Below, piece by piece: positions 56,250 to 57,364 of a DNA stretch of 57,364 nt. How positions within the stretch are numbered: the first letter of the stretch is position 1; each line of letters starts with the position of its first letter. Both the position numbers and the translations under genes were made by a program. The stretch covers positions 1 through 57,364 of IMG/VR virus record IMGVR_UViG_3300025382_000007. The stretch is one strand, 5' to 3'. Source of the DNA: a virus. Taxonomy: Duplodnaviria > Caudoviricetes. The notes below the pieces were generated by a model. The model made no database searches, was not told the DNA's origin, and saw only the letters and a program-made list of their open reading frames with translations.

Positions 56250-57364
56250 CAGTTTCCTTCAAGAGCTAGAATATATGGAGTCATTAAACCAAACAGGCTC
56301 TTTTGGAATGTCGTTCCGATGATAGTAGATGTTGGGCCAGAGATAGTCAAGCTGTTGCCAATCTGGAAATTACCAAACTGATCTGTCGATGTGTAGTTTA
56401 CGACGCCACCATTGCCGGACAACACCTGAGTCGCAGTATTTGATATACCACCAGCGAATGGAGATGCGTTAGAAAGGTTGGTACCAGTCCCACAGTACTC
56501 AAACGTATGGCCAGAAGCTGTGATCTGACTTCTTTGATAGAATGTAACAGCAGTATTATTGGCTACCGGAGTAGTGATAGTCTCCATAATATTTACTGTT
56601 GAAGTATTAGAAGCCATCGGAGTGACACCAGTTACTGTATAGAAACTAGCGTCGCCAGTAAACTGTAGCGTACTGTTGATGAATGGAGTGTTGGCAAGTC
56701 CACTGATTACGAAAGTGTTGCCAGACTGATTGACACCATTTGAATATCCAGAATTAGTGGCAGATGAAGTGCCATTGGCAATGAGACCATAGTTACCAAA
56801 CGTGGTGTCTGAACAGTTCAGCGAACAGAAACCACCCGACTCACAGCGAACGGAGACATTGGCGCAGATGGTATAGATATTAACCAGCTGTGAGTAGCCT
56901 TGGTTTAAGATATAAACACCAGTACCATTCTGATTGACGATCGTATAGAGACCTGCAATGATAGATTTTGTTCCAGTGGCAAGAGAACCATCAATTCTCA
57001 AACCAATACCAGTGGTTGTTAGTGAAGTACAGTTTAGAATATATGGACTTCTTGTGATCAACCCAGCGCCACCTGATGGAAATGCGAATGCAGCTGCCGG
57101 TGATGTATAGCCTTGAATTGATAACTCTCTAACGTATGTTCCATTGTTTAACCAGAAGACGTCACTGGTTGGGTTCTGTGCAATAACATTGACGCCTCTG
57201 AGAGCGTTACCAATGACAGAGACACCGGCAGGAACTGTTAGTGGGTTGTTCTCGGTGTAGTCACCATTGTCAACATAGACCGTCGTACCGCTGGTAGCGT
57301 TGCTCAGCGCCTGTTTGATTGTGAGATATGGGCTGTTGAGATAACCTAAGTTGGAATCAGAACC
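56249..57364 (-). CDS. Beta-helix (pectin-lyase-like) structural/tail-spike protein, 5' end outside window
   Basis: The frame stays open upstream of 57061 to the window edge (PYLTIKQAL...V..G.Y.E.NPL.VP.GVS..G..LR), then RSPYI and HTFEY.G.G. Confidence 0.75.
   Translation of the reverse strand, partial: GSDSNLGYLNSPYLTIKQALSNATSGTTVYVDNGDYTENNPLTVPAGVSVIGNALRGVNVIAQNPTSDVFWLNNGTYVRELSIQGYTSPAAAFAFPSGGAGLITRSPYILNCTSLTTTGIGLRIDGSLATGTKSIIAGLYTIVNQNGTGVYILNQGYSQLVNIYTICANVSVRCESGGFCSLNCSDTTFGNYGLIANGTSSATNSGYSNGVNQSGNTFVISGLANTPFINSTLQFTGDASFYTVTGVTPMASNTSTVNIMETITTPVANNTAVTFYQRSQITASGHTFEYCGTGTNLSNASPFAGGISNTATQVLSGNGGVVNYTSTDQFGNFQIGNSLTISGPTSTIIGTTFQKSLFGLMTPYILALEGN

Noticed and set aside
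1-57364. CRISPR arrays, tRNAs, rRNA or stop-codon recoding
   Set aside because: No spaced direct repeats or cloverleafs were recognised in the short intergenic gaps; core genes are full length in the standard code, and TAA, TAG and TGA all serve as stops.

Overview
A 57-kb piece of a large T4-like myovirus genome, with gene order like the cyanophage/alphaproteobacterial-phage branch. Essentially all real genes are on the minus strand. Reading along transcription (right to left): (1) a tail-fibre region with three fibres that carry C-terminal S74 chaperones, plus a heme oxygenase; (2) a ~17.6-kb AT-rich enzyme island between two fibre genes, with a late-promoter-driven 61-aa peptide ending in CNCRCNC, two paralogous radical SAM/SPASM enzymes, seven 2OG-Fe(II) oxygenase-like proteins, two SGGxDS ATP-pyrophosphatases, a CmoA/CmoB-like pair, an (R)-amine-transaminase-like enzyme, a hydrolase, a cupin and a signal-less TRAP binding protein; (3) the core virion module gp13-gp23 and gp3, with free-standing homing endonucleases; (4) uvsY, uvsW, gp55, gp47 and gp46; (5) def, GNAT and lysozyme genes, then a cytosine hypermodification cluster (dCMP hydroxymethylase, BGT-like glycosyltransferase, Nmad1, MazG-like pyrophosphatase, PD-(D/E)xK nuclease and an atypical C5-methyltransferase missed by the ORF track). 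The best candidate for an undescribed system is the phage-encoded rSAM/SPASM plus Cys-peptide tailoring cluster. All family assignments are from motif recognition by eye; no database search was run.
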